Positions 32,090 through 42,709 of a stretch of 64,000 bases of DNA are shown piece by piece. Source of the stretch: Candidatus Eiseniibacteriota bacterium. Lineage in GTDB: Bacteria > Eisenbacteria > RBG-16-71-46 > CAIMUX01 > VGJL01. The DNA is taken from assembly GCA_963792585.1 (NCBI GenBank), contig CAWBWI010000001.1:800001-864000 (forward strand), in the 5' to 3' direction. The notes below the pieces were generated by a model. It was not told the DNA's origin. It ran no database searches and saw only the letters and a program-made list of their open reading frames with translations. Positions within the stretch are counted from its first letter, which is position 1. Every line of letters begins with the position of its first letter. Made by a program: the position numbers and the translations under genes.

Positions 32090-34441
32090 CGGGTCTCACC
32101 CTCGATCCAGCCACCCAACTTTTCGGACCAGGCGCGCCAGACCGGTTCGACGGCGAGATCGAAGACCGTTCGCCCCGCCGATTGCAGACCCAACCGAGGC
32201 GTTTCCGTAACCCTTCCGATTCTCCACGCGGCGGCTCCGCCGCGCTCGAGAGACTGAATGAATCGCTGTTCGTTCTCCGAACGCACTTCCAGCAGGAATC
32301 CCCCCGTCTCGTCGAAGAGCGCCTCCAGCCACGGGATCGGCAGGGCGTCGAGATCGCACGCGAGCCCGAGGCCGGTGGCTCCCTCCTCGCGCCAGAGCAG
32401 CTCGAGCATGCCGGCGAGGAGTCCCCCTTCCGCGAAATCGTGGGCAGATACGACCAACCCCGCCTCGATCGCGGCGAGGACCGCGAGGATCCGCGTCCGT
32501 TCCTGCGTCAGGTCCGGGCGTGGCGTCGTGCCCTTGCCCCCGAGGATATCGAGCGCGGGATTGCCGCCCCATCCCCGCGTGAACGACCCGACAAGGTAGA
32601 CGCCGTTTCCCGGCGCCGTCAGTTGCGGTCGGAGTGCCCGCCTCCAGTCCGCGATGGCGCCGAAGCAGGCCAGAATCGGCGTGGGCCGGATCCTTCGTCC
32701 GCTCGCCGACTGATTGTAGAACGAGACGTTCCCGGAGACGATCGGGAGGGCATGCCCACCGTCGCCCGGGAGGCCCAGCGTCACGCAGGCGTCGCGCATG
32801 CCGAGCAGACACTGCTCGAATTCCCACAGACACTCCGGGTCCTCCGGAGAGCCGAAGTTCATACAATCGGTCATGGCCAGCGGTCGCGCGCCGACGGCGA
32901 CGATGTTGCGGATCGACTCGGCGACGGTGGCCGCCGCCCCGTGGTACGGATCGAGATCGCACCAGCGTGCGTTGCCGTCGAGGCTCACCGCGACGCCGAT
33001 CCTGCTTCCCGGAATGGGGCGGCAGACGCCGGCATCGGCCTCCCCCGGGCGAATCAACGCCTCTCCCCGCACCTCCGCATCGTAGTGCCGGTAGACGTGG
33101 GCGCGGCTGCATAGAAGGGGATGGGCCATGAACGCGCGCACGAACGCGTCCCAGTCCGTCGGCTCCCGCAGGACGCCGGGATCGGTCGCAACGGCGCGCG
33201 CCCGCGTGGGGCGCTCCAGGACAGGCGATTCGTCCAAGATCGATATCGGGAGATCGACCACGACCTCCCCTTTCCAGGCGGCCCGGTAGCGTCCGTCGTC
33301 GGTGACCCGGCCGATCACGGCGGCGCAGGCGCCCGGGTAGACCCCCGGAAGATCGAAGTCCTCGTTGTAGATCGCCAACACCTCCGGGACGATCCGCTCC
33401 GGCAGGGCCCATACGAAGCGCTCTTGTGTCTCGGCGACGAGGAGGTGTTCGGGCAGCGGCAGTTCCTCGGCGTGGGGAACATCTCCGAGATCGATCAACG
33501 CGCCGAAGCCGCCTGCGACGACCAAGTTCCGAGGATGCTCCCGCCAATCCGCCGGCTCCGAGATCCTTGAAGCCCACCTCGCAGTTTCGTGCGGCGAGCA
33601 GTTCCCAGACGGACCTCGTCGCCTCGACGAGCACCCGCTTCAAGAAGGGATCGTGGATCTGCACCGCGCCCATGTTCGCGTCGGCCGCGCCGGCGTCCAG
33701 GACCTTCGAGGCGAAGGAGGCTCCCCCGAGCCCCGATCGATCGGTCGGCTTCCCGATCAGGACCAGGAGGTACGGCTCGCTCTTCGCGGCTTGCGGAACG
33801 CGGCTGCGCAGGATCCGGTCGACCGGCGCGACGCCGAGCGCCACGACGTTGACCAGGCAGTTGTCGTCGTAGCACGGGTCGAAGCCGACGTCCCCGCCGA
33901 GATTGGGAACGCCCAGGGCGTTGCCGTACTCCCAGATCCCCCGGACGACACCCCGCGCGATCGCGCGGCCCGTCTCGCCGTTGGCCCCGTCCAAGTCGCC
34001 GAATCGGAGGCCGTCCAGGACCCCGATCACGTCGGCCCCCATGCAGTAGACATCCCGGACGATTCCGCCGATTCCCGTCGCAGCCCCCTCGACCGGGAGG
34101 AGCTGCGAGGGGTGATTGTGACTCTCGTGGGCGACCACGAGCGCCCAACGCCTCCCGTCGACCGCGCCAAGATCGACGACCCCTGCATCTTCCCCGGGCC
34201 CCAGGATCACGTGGGGCGCGAGCGGCGGCAACAGGCTCCGCAGGAATCGCCGACTGCTCTTGTAGGAGCAGTGCTCGCTGTAGGCCACGTCGAAGAGGAA
34301 CGCCTCGGGCACGGTCAGGTCGCGTCCCAGCCGGCCGACCACCTCGAGGAGCTCGTCGGGTTCCGCGCGGATTCCATGACGCGCGAGCTGGGAACGGATC
34401 GTTTCTCTCGGGACACCCTGGAAGCGGATCGTTTCGCTCAA
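32086..34441 (-). CDS. purL: FGAM synthase subunit PurL, small type (frameshift near 33525)
   Basis: SEHCSYKSS, ESHNHPS, GAATGIGGIVRD, DLGAGG, ETQER, NFGSPE, SGNVSFYN. Confidence 0.94.
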
Positions 34442-35748
34442 GCTCTCCCCCACGGCGTCGTCAGCACGCGCTGGAATACCGCATCGAGGTTGCGCAGGAA
34501 GGACGTGACATCGAACAGTGCGGCGAGACCCTCCTCGCCGATTGCGGCGCGAACCTCCGGATCGGCATCGAGCCGGGCCCGGAAGGAATCCCCCGCCTCC
34601 CATGCGGCCATCGCATGACCCTGCACGATGCGGTACGCCGCCTCCCGATCTCCGAGCGCCTCGGTGAGCGCCAGCAGGACCTTCTGCGAGAAGACGAGAC
34701 CCCCGGTGAGGTCGAGGTTGCGGGCCATCGCGGACGGTCGTACGACGAGGCCGTCGATGACGAACCGCATCCGGTCGATCATGTAGTCGAGCACGGTGAA
34801 CGCGTCCGTGAAGACGACGCGCTCGGCCGAGGAGTGGCTGATGTCCCGCTCGTGCCACAGGGCAACGTTCTCGAATCCGACAACCGCGAAGCCCCGCAAG
34901 AGACGGGCGAGTCCCGAGATCCTCTCGCAGACGACCGGATTGCGCTTGTGCGGCATCGCCGAGGAGCCCTTCTGGCCCTTTCCGAACGGCTCCTCGACCT
35001 CGCGCACCTCGGTCCGCTGCAGGTGGCGGATCTCGGTCGCGATCCGGTCGCACGTCGCGCCCACGCCGGCAAGCACCGCGAGCATGTGCGCGTGGCGGTC
35101 ACGCGGCACGACCTGGGTCGCGACCGGCTCGGCGCGCAGACCGAGCCGCTCCATCACCCGTTCCTCCATCGCCGGATCGAGGTGCGCCGCGGTCCCCACG
35201 GCGCCCGAGAGCTTTCCCCATCGGATGCCCGCCCGCGCCTCTTCGAGACGCCGCGCCTGTCGTTCGCACTCCGAAAACCAACCGAGCACCTTGAACCCGA
35301 AGGTGATCGGCTCGGCGTGCACGCCGTGGGTGCGGCCGACCATCGGTAGGGCGCTGTGCTTCACCGCGAGTTCCCGGATCGATGCCCCCACCGCCTCCCA
35401 GGCCGGCAAGATCAGCCCCATGGCTTCATCGAGCTGGATCGCCTGCGCCGTGTCGACGAGGTCCGAGGAAGTCATTCCATAGTGGAGCCACTTCTTCTCG
35501 GGCCCGAGTTCCTCCGTGATGCTGGTCAGGAAGGCGATCACATCGTGCTGGAGGGTCGCTTCCAGCTCGTCGATCCGATCGGGGCGGATACGGGCCTTGG
35601 CCCGCACCGCCGCGGCGGTGCCCGCGGGGGCGATTCCACGCTCCTCGAGAGTATCGAGGTGCGCCGTCTCCACCCGCAACCAGATCCCGAAGCGGTTTGT
35701 ATCCGAGAAGAGCCGCCCCATCTCTACACGCGTGTAACGGGAAATCAT
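34438..35748 (-). CDS. purB: adenylosuccinate lyase
   Basis: MISRY, HDVIAF, GRTHGVHAEP, GSSAMPHKRNP, HERDISHSS. Confidence 0.96.
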   Translation of the reverse strand: MISRYTRVEMGRLFSDTNRFGIWLRVETAHLDTLEERGIAPAGTAAAVRAKARIRPDRIDELEATLQHDVIAFLTSITEELGPEKKWLHYGMTSSDLVDTAQAIQLDEAMGLILPAWEAVGASIRELAVKHSALPMVGRTHGVHAEPITFGFKVLGWFSECERQARRLEEARAGIRWGKLSGAVGTAAHLDPAMEERVMERLGLRAEPVATQVVPRDRHAHMLAVLAGVGATCDRIATEIRHLQRTEVREVEEPFGKGQKGSSAMPHKRNPVVCERISGLARLLRGFAVVGFENVALWHERDISHSSAERVVFTDAFTVLDYMIDRMRFVIDGLVVRPSAMARNLDLTGGLVFSQKVLLALTEALGDREAAYRIVQGHAMAAWEAGDSFRARLDADPEVRAAIGEEGLAALFDVTSFLRNLDAVFQRVLTTPWGRA

Positions 35749-37034
35749 GGCGTTTGGTGCTCCCGTTTCGGCTGCACTTCGAGCCGGAAGCGGATATCGC
35801 GCATGGCGCCGTCGCGCTCGATACCCAGGGTGACCATATCTCCGATCGAGGAGCCGAAGATCAGGCGGTTCGCCTGATTGATGGTCCAGACTTCTTCGCC
35901 GTTGATCTTGCGGATGATGTCGCCGACATGGACAGCGGCCCGGTCGGCGGGGCTTGCCTCCTCGAGCTCGGCGACGATCAGCCCCTTGCGATTCTGGATG
36001 TTCAGGTAGGCCGCCAGGTAGGGGGTGATCTCGCGCAGAACGACCCCGGTCCAGACGCGCCGGACCTCGCCGTACTGCAGGATCTCGCGCACGACCCTCA
36101 CCGCGACGTTGATCGGAATGGCGAAGCCGATCCCCAGCGAACCGCCCGACTCGGTGAAGATGAAGGTGTTGACCCCGATCACCTTCGCGTCGCTGTTGAC
36201 GAGGGGCCCGCCGGAGTTGCCCGGATTGATCGCCGCGTCCGTCTGGATCATGTTCTTGTAGATGCCGGTCGTCCCCTCGGACGGTTTGATGTCGCGTCCC
36301 ACCGCGCTCACCACCCCGACACTCACGCTCGGCTTGTACTCGTTCAGAAGGAACCCGAACGGATTGCCGATCGCGATCGCCCACTCGCCGACCATGATGT
36401 CATCGGAGTCGCCGATCTGCGCTACGGGCAGATCCCCTCCGTTGACCTTGACGACGGCGAGGTCGTAGTTCGGGTCGGATCCAACGAGCCGGGCATCGAA
36501 CGTCCGGCCGTCGGTCAGGGTGACCTTGATCTGCTCCGCCTCGTGGACCACGTGCTCATTGGTCAGAATCACGCCGGAGCGATCGATGATCACCCCCGAT
36601 CCGAGAGCGGGGACCTGCTCCTTGTAGAGGGGGCCCGAAAGGTACCGATCGAAGAAGAGCCCGAACGGATCTCCCGGAACGCGTCCGCGGACGTACCTGG
36701 CCTGAATCACGCTGATCGACACCACGGCGGGGCCGACCGATTCGGCCGCCCTCACGATCGCACTGCGCCTGCTATCCTCGATCGAGAGCGACGGGACCTC
36801 GATGACCGACGGGTTGCTCGGAGGCGCCCCGGTCGATGAGGTGTCGGGCGTCGCCGTTGGGATCGCATTCGCGCCGTTCGGCGCGCTGCGGACGATGCGC
36901 GGCGCGCCGCCCTTCCCGCTGCCGACCCACCACACCCCCAGGCCCCCGCCCACGATCCCCGCGAGGAAAAGCAGGATGGGCAGAAGACGGCCCGTGCCGC
37001 GTCCCCTGCCCTCTCCCTTTGGAAATGCGCTCAC
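35745..37034 (-). CDS. HtrA/DegS-like serine protease, membrane anchor + one PDZ
   Basis: GSGVI, TNEHV, DLAV, QTDAAINPGNSGGPL, GIGFAIP, C-terminal PDZ. Confidence 0.93.
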   Translation of the reverse strand: MSAFPKGEGRGRGTGRLLPILLFLAGIVGGGLGVWWVGSGKGGAPRIVRSAPNGANAIPTATPDTSSTGAPPSNPSVIEVPSLSIEDSRRSAIVRAAESVGPAVVSISVIQARYVRGRVPGDPFGLFFDRYLSGPLYKEQVPALGSGVIIDRSGVILTNEHVVHEAEQIKVTLTDGRTFDARLVGSDPNYDLAVVKVNGGDLPVAQIGDSDDIMVGEWAIAIGNPFGFLLNEYKPSVSVGVVSAVGRDIKPSEGTTGIYKNMIQTDAAINPGNSGGPLVNSDAKVIGVNTFIFTESGGSLGIGFAIPINVAVRVVREILQYGEVRRVWTGVVLREITPYLAAYLNIQNRKGLIVAELEEASPADRAAVHVGDIIRKINGEEVWTINQANRLIFGSSIGDMVTLGIERDGAMRDIRFRLEVQPKREHQTP

Positions 37035-37040
37035 CTTTTC

Positions 37041-37700
37041 CTAGACCTCCCGGTTACGTGCCTCGACCTTGCGCCAGTCCTCCAGGAATTGCTGGATCCC
37101 CTTGTCGGTCAGCGGATGGCGAAACAGCATCTCGAAGACCGAGACGGGCATGGTCGCCACGTTCGCTCCGGCGCGCGCCGCCTCGACGACATGGATGGGG
37201 TGACGGATGCTCGCCGCGAGGACCTCGGTCTCGAAATCATGCACCGCATAGATCTCGATGATCTGGCGCATGACCTCCAGGCCGTCCTGGGCGACGTCGT
37301 CGATCCTGCCCACGAAGGGACTCACGAAGCTCGCTCCGGCCTTGGCTACCAGGAGAGCTTGGGTCGGGCTGAAGACGAGGGTCGCGTTGGTCGGAATCCG
37401 CTCCTTCGAGAGAAGGTGGATTGCGCGCACCCCTTCGCGCGACATCGGGATCTTCACGACGATATTGGGGGCGATCTTGACCAGATCGCGCCCTTCTCGG
37501 ACCATTCCCTCGGCGTCTTCTGCGACCACCTCGGCGCTGACGGGGCCTGGGACGATCTCGCAAATCGTCTTGAGGGTATCGCGCCAGGATCCTGGTTCCT
37601 TCGAGAGCAGGGTCGGATTGGTGGTCACGCCGTCGATCACCCCGAGGTCCACGCAGGAGCGGATCTGATCCGGGTTGGCGGTGTCGAGAAAGATCTTCAT
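37041..37700 (-). CDS. tal: transaldolase / fructose-6-phosphate aldolase family
   Basis: FLDTA, GVTTNP, SAEV, VVKIP, SPFVGR, AASIR. Confidence 0.9.
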   Translation of the reverse strand: MKIFLDTANPDQIRSCVDLGVIDGVTTNPTLLSKEPGSWRDTLKTICEIVPGPVSAEVVAEDAEGMVREGRDLVKIAPNIVVKIPMSREGVRAIHLLSKERIPTNATLVFSPTQALLVAKAGASFVSPFVGRIDDVAQDGLEVMRQIIEIYAVHDFETEVLAASIRHPIHVVEAARAGANVATMPVSVFEMLFRHPLTDKGIQQFLEDWRKVEARNREV

Positions 37701-37728
37701 CAGTTCGTCGTCCTCCCTGGGAAATCGC

Positions 37729-37757
37729 AGGATAGCACAGCGGCTCCGGCCGTGAAA
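37729..37757 (-). promoter_or_regulatory. putative sigma70 promoter of tal
   Basis: TTTCAC, 17 nt spacer, TGn-TATCCT; SD GGGAGG downstream. Confidence 0.5.
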
Positions 37758-37861
37758 CGGCCCGAAAGGAGCGCGGATCAACGCTTCGCGACCCACGCTG
37801 CGCGGCTAGCCGCTCGTCCCCTGCTTCCGGTCGGCGATCGTGGAAGCGGGGGATCGCCGGG

Positions 37862-39094
37862 TCAGCCGCCGGATCTTCGCCGCACCCTGATCCACAGGGC
37901 CGCGAGCATTCCCCCCGCGAAGATCGGCAAGACCGCATCGACGAGCGCGAATCGGTATCGCACGCTCGGGACTGACACGACGTGCACTAGGCACATGAGG
38001 AACAACACCAGGGCCGTTGCGCGCGCGAAACGCTCACGCCGCCGCGCGGCCCATGCGAGACCCGCAACGCCGATCGGGAAGAGGATCGTGTATCCGGTGA
38101 ACGCGAGCGCGAACCGAATCGCTCCGCCGCGCGCTTCCGGCAGCAGTTTGAAGAACTTCTCCGCCCGGACAGCAGAGATCTTCAAGAATCGCGCAGGGTC
38201 ATCGATGATGATGCGCCGAGCCTCCCGGCCGAACCATCCCGGAGGCTCCTCCCGGATCTTCCGGTACTCGGCGATGTCCCACTCCTGCCCGAGCGGAATC
38301 TCTCCTTCGTAGAAGACCCGCTCCGCCCATCCCGGCGCATTCCCCAGGTAGAGCGTGAACTCCCCCGTCGTCGCCACGGGGACCCAGGCGCCGGTCATGG
38401 CGGCGCCGCGCGCGATCCAGGGCAAGACCACGACGAGGACGCCCGCCGCGAAGAGCGCCGTCCGGCGCAGCGGCTGCCGGACCCCGCCTTCGCGCAGGAG
38501 GAGCGCACCGGCCAGAACCGGAGCGACCAGCAACGGAGTCGGGCGACAGAGAATCGCCAGACCGAGCAATCCACCGCACGCGCACGCCCACCCCGGCGCG
38601 TTCCCGCGCGCGCGCGAGAAGGCGTAGAAGGCGCCGACGTAGAGTGCAATGAACAGCGACTCGGTGAGAAGCTCCGCGGTCTGCATGATAAGCAGGGGAT
38701 TGCCTGCGAAGAGCAGCCCCGCAATCCATGCAGCCCGCCGGCCATAGGCGCGCCCGGCGATCGCGGAGACCATCAACGCGCTGCCCGTGGCCAGAAGCGC
38801 CTGGACCACCCGCACGGCGGTCATCCCCGTCCCGAAGATCGCGTAGAGGGCGGTCAGGAACCACGGATAGAGGGGCGGTCGAAAGAGCGACTCGGTTGCG
38901 TTGGCCGCATCCGGCGCCCATCCCCGCCCGGACAGGAGGTCGCGCGCCAACGCCTGATACTGAAGCGAATCGGGGTTCGTCGGACCGATCAAGCCGAAAC
39001 GGTCTCCGAGCAGGACATAGAGGAGGCGCGGCACCAGGGCGGCAAGCGCCACGACGATCCAGAGCCGCGCGTCGCGGAAACGGTACCCGCTCAT
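37862..39094 (-). CDS. GT-C fold (GT39/ArnT/PMT-like) integral membrane glycosyltransferase
   Basis: DSLQY, RPPLYP, LTESL, many TM helices, RYR near the C-terminus. Confidence 0.8.
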   Translation of the reverse strand: MSGYRFRDARLWIVVALAALVPRLLYVLLGDRFGLIGPTNPDSLQYQALARDLLSGRGWAPDAANATESLFRPPLYPWFLTALYAIFGTGMTAVRVVQALLATGSALMVSAIAGRAYGRRAAWIAGLLFAGNPLLIMQTAELLTESLFIALYVGAFYAFSRARGNAPGWACACGGLLGLAILCRPTPLLVAPVLAGALLLREGGVRQPLRRTALFAAGVLVVVLPWIARGAAMTGAWVPVATTGEFTLYLGNAPGWAERVFYEGEIPLGQEWDIAEYRKIREEPPGWFGREARRIIIDDPARFLKISAVRAEKFFKLLPEARGGAIRFALAFTGYTILFPIGVAGLAWAARRRERFARATALVLFLMCLVHVVSVPSVRYRFALVDAVLPIFAGGMLAALWIRVRRRSGG

Positions 39095-39849
39095 TTCCGA
39101 TCCCCGGGCCAAGGGGGGTCGTACCCGACCGCCATCAGAGTGAGGCCCGCCGCCGGGGCCGGCGGCGCCGCCTCGCGCCGATCGCCGCCCGCGAGGATCC
39201 GGGCGATCGCGGCCGCGCCTTCCCTTCCCGGGGTCGCCTCGCGGACGAGCGTCCCGACGATCGTCCGCACCATTTTGTAGAGAAACCGGTCCGCGCGCAC
39301 CGTGAAGTGGAATTCGTCCCCGGCGCAATCCCAGTCGACCCGGTCGATCACGCAGATCGGGTGCCCGTTGTCGTCGCTGGCGTTCGCAAAGGCGGTGAAA
39401 TCGTGCAGGCCCGCGAGAGGCGCCGCGGCCGCGCGCAAGAGCGGCAGGCGAACGGCGATCGGAGGATGCCACGCGCGTTCGCGCGTGAGCGCGTTCGGGG
39501 CGAGCGCGAGCCGGTACCGGTAGAGACGCCAGCGGGCGTCGTGCCGCGCGTGGAATCCGGGCGGCGCCTCTTCGATGCGGCGCGCCCTGAGCTCACGGCC
39601 GCAGATTCCGTGAATTCCCGCCGTCACGCGGCGGCAGTCGATTGGATCCTTCGTGGCGAAGGAGACGACCTGGCCGTGCGCGTGCACGCCGCGATCCGTC
39701 CTGCCGGCCGCGGCCGTGCGGATCGGGCTGCGCGTCAGGAGCTGGAGCGCTCGCTCGATCTCTCCCTGAACCGTGCGCACCCGCTCCTGCACCTGCCAAC
39801 CATGGAAGGCGGTCCCGTCGTACTCGAGCAGGATCCGGTAGCTAGGCAT
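39091..39849 (-). CDS. truA: tRNA pseudouridine(38-40) synthase
   Basis: YDGTAFHGWQ, GRTDRGVHA, FHAR, FLYKMVR, APAAGL. Confidence 0.95.
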   Translation of the reverse strand: MPSYRILLEYDGTAFHGWQVQERVRTVQGEIERALQLLTRSPIRTAAAGRTDRGVHAHGQVVSFATKDPIDCRRVTAGIHGICGRELRARRIEEAPPGFHARHDARWRLYRYRLALAPNALTRERAWHPPIAVRLPLLRAAAAPLAGLHDFTAFANASDDNGHPICVIDRVDWDCAGDEFHFTVRADRFLYKMVRTIVGTLVREATPGREGAAAIARILAGGDRREAAPPAPAAGLTLMAVGYDPPWPGDRK

Positions 39850-40870
39850 CTCCCGTTTCTTGGGAATGGAGCAGCGATGCGATCTGCACTGCATTCCATG
39901 CGGCCCCTTTGCGGAGGTTGTCGGAAACGACCCAGAGTTCGGCGATACGGGGATCGCACCGATCGACGCGGATCCTGCCAACGTGGACGCCGTTGTCCCC
40001 CGCAATCGCGCGCGGCGTCGGGTGGGCTTCACTCACAGGATCGCCCTGGACCGTCACGCCCGGCCCGGAGGCCAGAGCGGCGATGAGCTCCGCGCGTGTC
40101 ACCGCGCGCCCGAGCTCTACATGCACCGCTTCCCCGTGGCACACGGCTACGGGCACGCGCACGCAGGTCGGGTGGACCGGCAGGTCGGGCATCGACAGGA
40201 TCCGCCGCGTCTCCCGGATCATCTTCTCTTCCTCGCGACTGAATCCGTCTTCCAGGAGGACGTCGCACTGTGGGATCACATTGCCGTCGATTCCGCATGG
40301 GAACACTCCCGGCGTGCCCGGCTCCCCCGCCCGTTCCGCCTCGAGCTGGGTCACCCCCTTCTGTCCGCGACCGGAAACCGATTGGTAGGTTGCGACGTGC
40401 ACGCGGCGAAGACCGAACGCGCGGGCGAGCGGCGCGAGGGCGACGACCATCTGGATCGTCGAGCAGTTGGGATTGGCGATCGCGCCGCGCTGCCGCGGAA
40501 TCGCTTCCGGGTTGACCTCGGGCACGATCAGGGGGACGAGCGGGTCCATCCGGAAGGCGCTCGAATTGTCGACCGCCCAGATTCCCATCGACGCCGCGCG
40601 CGGAACCCACGTGCGGCTCACCTCGGCCCCCGCGGAGAGGAGCACGAGATCCAGCCCATCGATGCGGGCGGAGGCGAGGTCCTCGATGGTCACCACCGCT
40701 CCCGGCGGGATCTCCCGCGGGACCTCGAGCCCGGCGGAACGCGCGCTGGCGAAGCCGCGCAGGGTAGCGACCGGCATGCCCGACTCCGCAAGGCAGCGGA
40801 TCATCGTTCGTCCCACCGCCCCCGTCGCCCCGATGATCCCCACGTTCCAAGCCTTGCGAGAATCCGTCAT
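39842..40870 (-). CDS. asd: aspartate-semialdehyde dehydrogenase
   Basis: GATGAVG, DNSSAFR, ANPNCST, YQSVSG, CVRVPV, DNLRKGAA. Confidence 0.95.
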   Translation of the reverse strand: MTDSRKAWNVGIIGATGAVGRTMIRCLAESGMPVATLRGFASARSAGLEVPREIPPGAVVTIEDLASARIDGLDLVLLSAGAEVSRTWVPRAASMGIWAVDNSSAFRMDPLVPLIVPEVNPEAIPRQRGAIANPNCSTIQMVVALAPLARAFGLRRVHVATYQSVSGRGQKGVTQLEAERAGEPGTPGVFPCGIDGNVIPQCDVLLEDGFSREEEKMIRETRRILSMPDLPVHPTCVRVPVAVCHGEAVHVELGRAVTRAELIAALASGPGVTVQGDPVSEAHPTPRAIAGDNGVHVGRIRVDRCDPRIAELWVVSDNLRKGAAWNAVQIASLLHSQETGDA

Positions 40871-41502
40871 CTCGACCCTCCCGATCGAATTGCCCTCACG
40901 AGGATCGTATAGTAGCGTCGCCCGGCTACCCACGGCTCGATCCATTCCCCCGATTGCCCATAGAAGGCGCACTGCCACCCACGACCGAAGAGCCCCTCGA
41001 CCTCGGAGCGGCGGAGCTGGTGCACATGGAATGGGTCGGCGGCCGGCATCCCGCGCCCCCGCCCGAGAGGCGTCGACAGCCAGAGAATCCCCGCTGCGTG
41101 GAACAGACGCTCGATGCCGGTCCAGAACGGCCCCTCGTGATCCAGGTGCTCGAGGACTTCGAACGCGACGACGGCATCGAAGCGGCCGCGTCCGCTCTCC
41201 CAGTCGTGCCGAAGGAGATCGCACGCGGCATAGGTCACCTTCGGGTCGGCGTAGTATCGGCGCGCCAGATCGAGGGCCTCCTCCGACCGGTCGAGGCCGA
41301 CCACCTCTCGGACGGCCGACGCCGCGGCGAGTTCCTGGCAGCCATATCCCGTCCCGCAGCCCAGATCGAGGACGCGGCCCCGCAATGTGCGCGCGACGAG
41401 CCGGTAGCGGGCGCGGTGTTCGGCCAGCATCGGGTCGGAGGCGCGACGCACGGGCGGGAAGATCCGTTCTTCCGTCCGCGGGATCGCCCTCCGCCCCGTC
41501 AC
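40867..41502 (-). CDS. class I SAM-dependent methyltransferase
   Basis: EHRARY, LDLGCGTGYG, FEVLEH, LSTP; GTG start overlaps the rlmI stop. Confidence 0.85.
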   Translation of the reverse strand: MTGRRAIPRTEERIFPPVRRASDPMLAEHRARYRLVARTLRGRVLDLGCGTGYGCQELAAASAVREVVGLDRSEEALDLARRYYADPKVTYAACDLLRHDWESGRGRFDAVVAFEVLEHLDHEGPFWTGIERLFHAAGILWLSTPLGRGRGMPAADPFHVHQLRRSEVEGLFGRGWQCAFYGQSGEWIEPWVAGRRYYTILVRAIRSGGSR

Positions 41503-42707
41503 GTTCTCTTTCCCCGCCAGATCATTCGCACCAGGAGCCCCTTCAGATACTCCCCCTGCGGGTGATCGAGGTGCACCGGGTGGTCGCTGCCGGGTCCGAG
41601 GCGCCGTAGCCACTGGCACGATGCGCGCGCGTCGTGCGCAGCCCCGAACAGCACCTTCTGGAACAGGTCGGCCTCCATGTGCTGGGAGCAGGAGAAGGTG
41701 AACAGGAGACCACCGGGGCGCAGCCGCCGCAAGGCCCAGAGGTTCAGGTCCTTGTAGGCTCGGGCGGCTCGATCCACGCTCCCCTTGGCCTTCGCATAGG
41801 CAGGAGGGTCGAGGACGATCGCGTCGAACTCGCGATCTATCTCGCGCAGATACTTGTAGAGGTCCTCGCGCACGAACTCCACCCGGTCCGCGGGCAGGCC
41901 GTTCGTCTCCCAGTGGAGGCGCGCTTCATCGACGGCGGTCGTGCTCGATTCGACCTGCACGACGCTACGCGCCCCGCCCCAGCCCGCGTAGACCCCGAAG
42001 GCCCCCGTGTATGCGAAGCCGTTCAAGATATCGCGGCCGCTCGCGTGGGTACCCAGCAATTGACGGTTCTCGCGTTGATCCAGATAGAAGCCGGTCTTCT
42101 GTCCCTGCGTCAGGTGGACGCGGAAGCGGTGGCCGTTCTCGTGGATCCAGACCGGCAGGGTCGGGAGTTCGCCGTACAGAACCTCACGCCGACCTTCCAG
42201 GGCCGGATCCCGCACGGCCCCCTCCGTTCGATCGATGATCGCCCGCGGTTGAAGCATGTCCACGAGGGTGTCGAGCCACAGCGGCTCGAGCCTGGCCATC
42301 CCCGCCGTCAGGCACTGGACCACGAGGGAGTCTCCGTAGCGATCCACGATCAGGCCGGGCAAGAGATCCCCTTCCGCATTGACGAGCCGGTAGGCGTCGG
42401 TGTGCCGCGTGTCGATCAGCTCCCGCCGCAGCGCCAGGGCTCCCTCGATCTTCTGCCGGAAGAAATCCGCGTCGATCGCCTCGTCGCCCCAGGTCAGAAT
42501 GCGGCAGAGGATCTGGGAGGAACGGTTGAGCGTTCCGCGGGCGATTCGCTCCCCCTCGCTGTCGATCACGTCGCAGACATCCCCGTCCTGCGCCCCCTCG
42601 AGCGACTCAACCGTCTCGACCGCGCCCGAGAAGATCCACGGATGACGCGCCCGCACGGATGCTTCGCGCCCCTTCCTCAGGAAGATCCGGTGCTGAACTT
42701 CCGCCAT
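41499..42707 (-). CDS. rlmI: 23S rRNA m5C1962-type methyltransferase (RlmI family)
   Basis: HPWIFSG, EGDLLPGLIVD, GQKTGFYLDQREN, LDPP, FSCS, EYLK. Confidence 0.9.
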   Translation of the reverse strand: MAEVQHRIFLRKGREASVRARHPWIFSGAVETVESLEGAQDGDVCDVIDSEGERIARGTLNRSSQILCRILTWGDEAIDADFFRQKIEGALALRRELIDTRHTDAYRLVNAEGDLLPGLIVDRYGDSLVVQCLTAGMARLEPLWLDTLVDMLQPRAIIDRTEGAVRDPALEGRREVLYGELPTLPVWIHENGHRFRVHLTQGQKTGFYLDQRENRQLLGTHASGRDILNGFAYTGAFGVYAGWGGARSVVQVESSTTAVDEARLHWETNGLPADRVEFVREDLYKYLREIDREFDAIVLDPPAYAKAKGSVDRAARAYKDLNLWALRRLRPGGLLFTFSCSQHMEADLFQKVLFGAAHDARASCQWLRRLGPGSDHPVHLDHPQGEYLKGLLVRMIWRGKRT

Positions 42708-42709
42708 CG

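Noticed and set aside
27361..33540. Programmed frameshifting in lolD, purF or purL
   Set aside because: No slippery heptamer seen at the shifts; they look like single-base insertions like the many nearby errors
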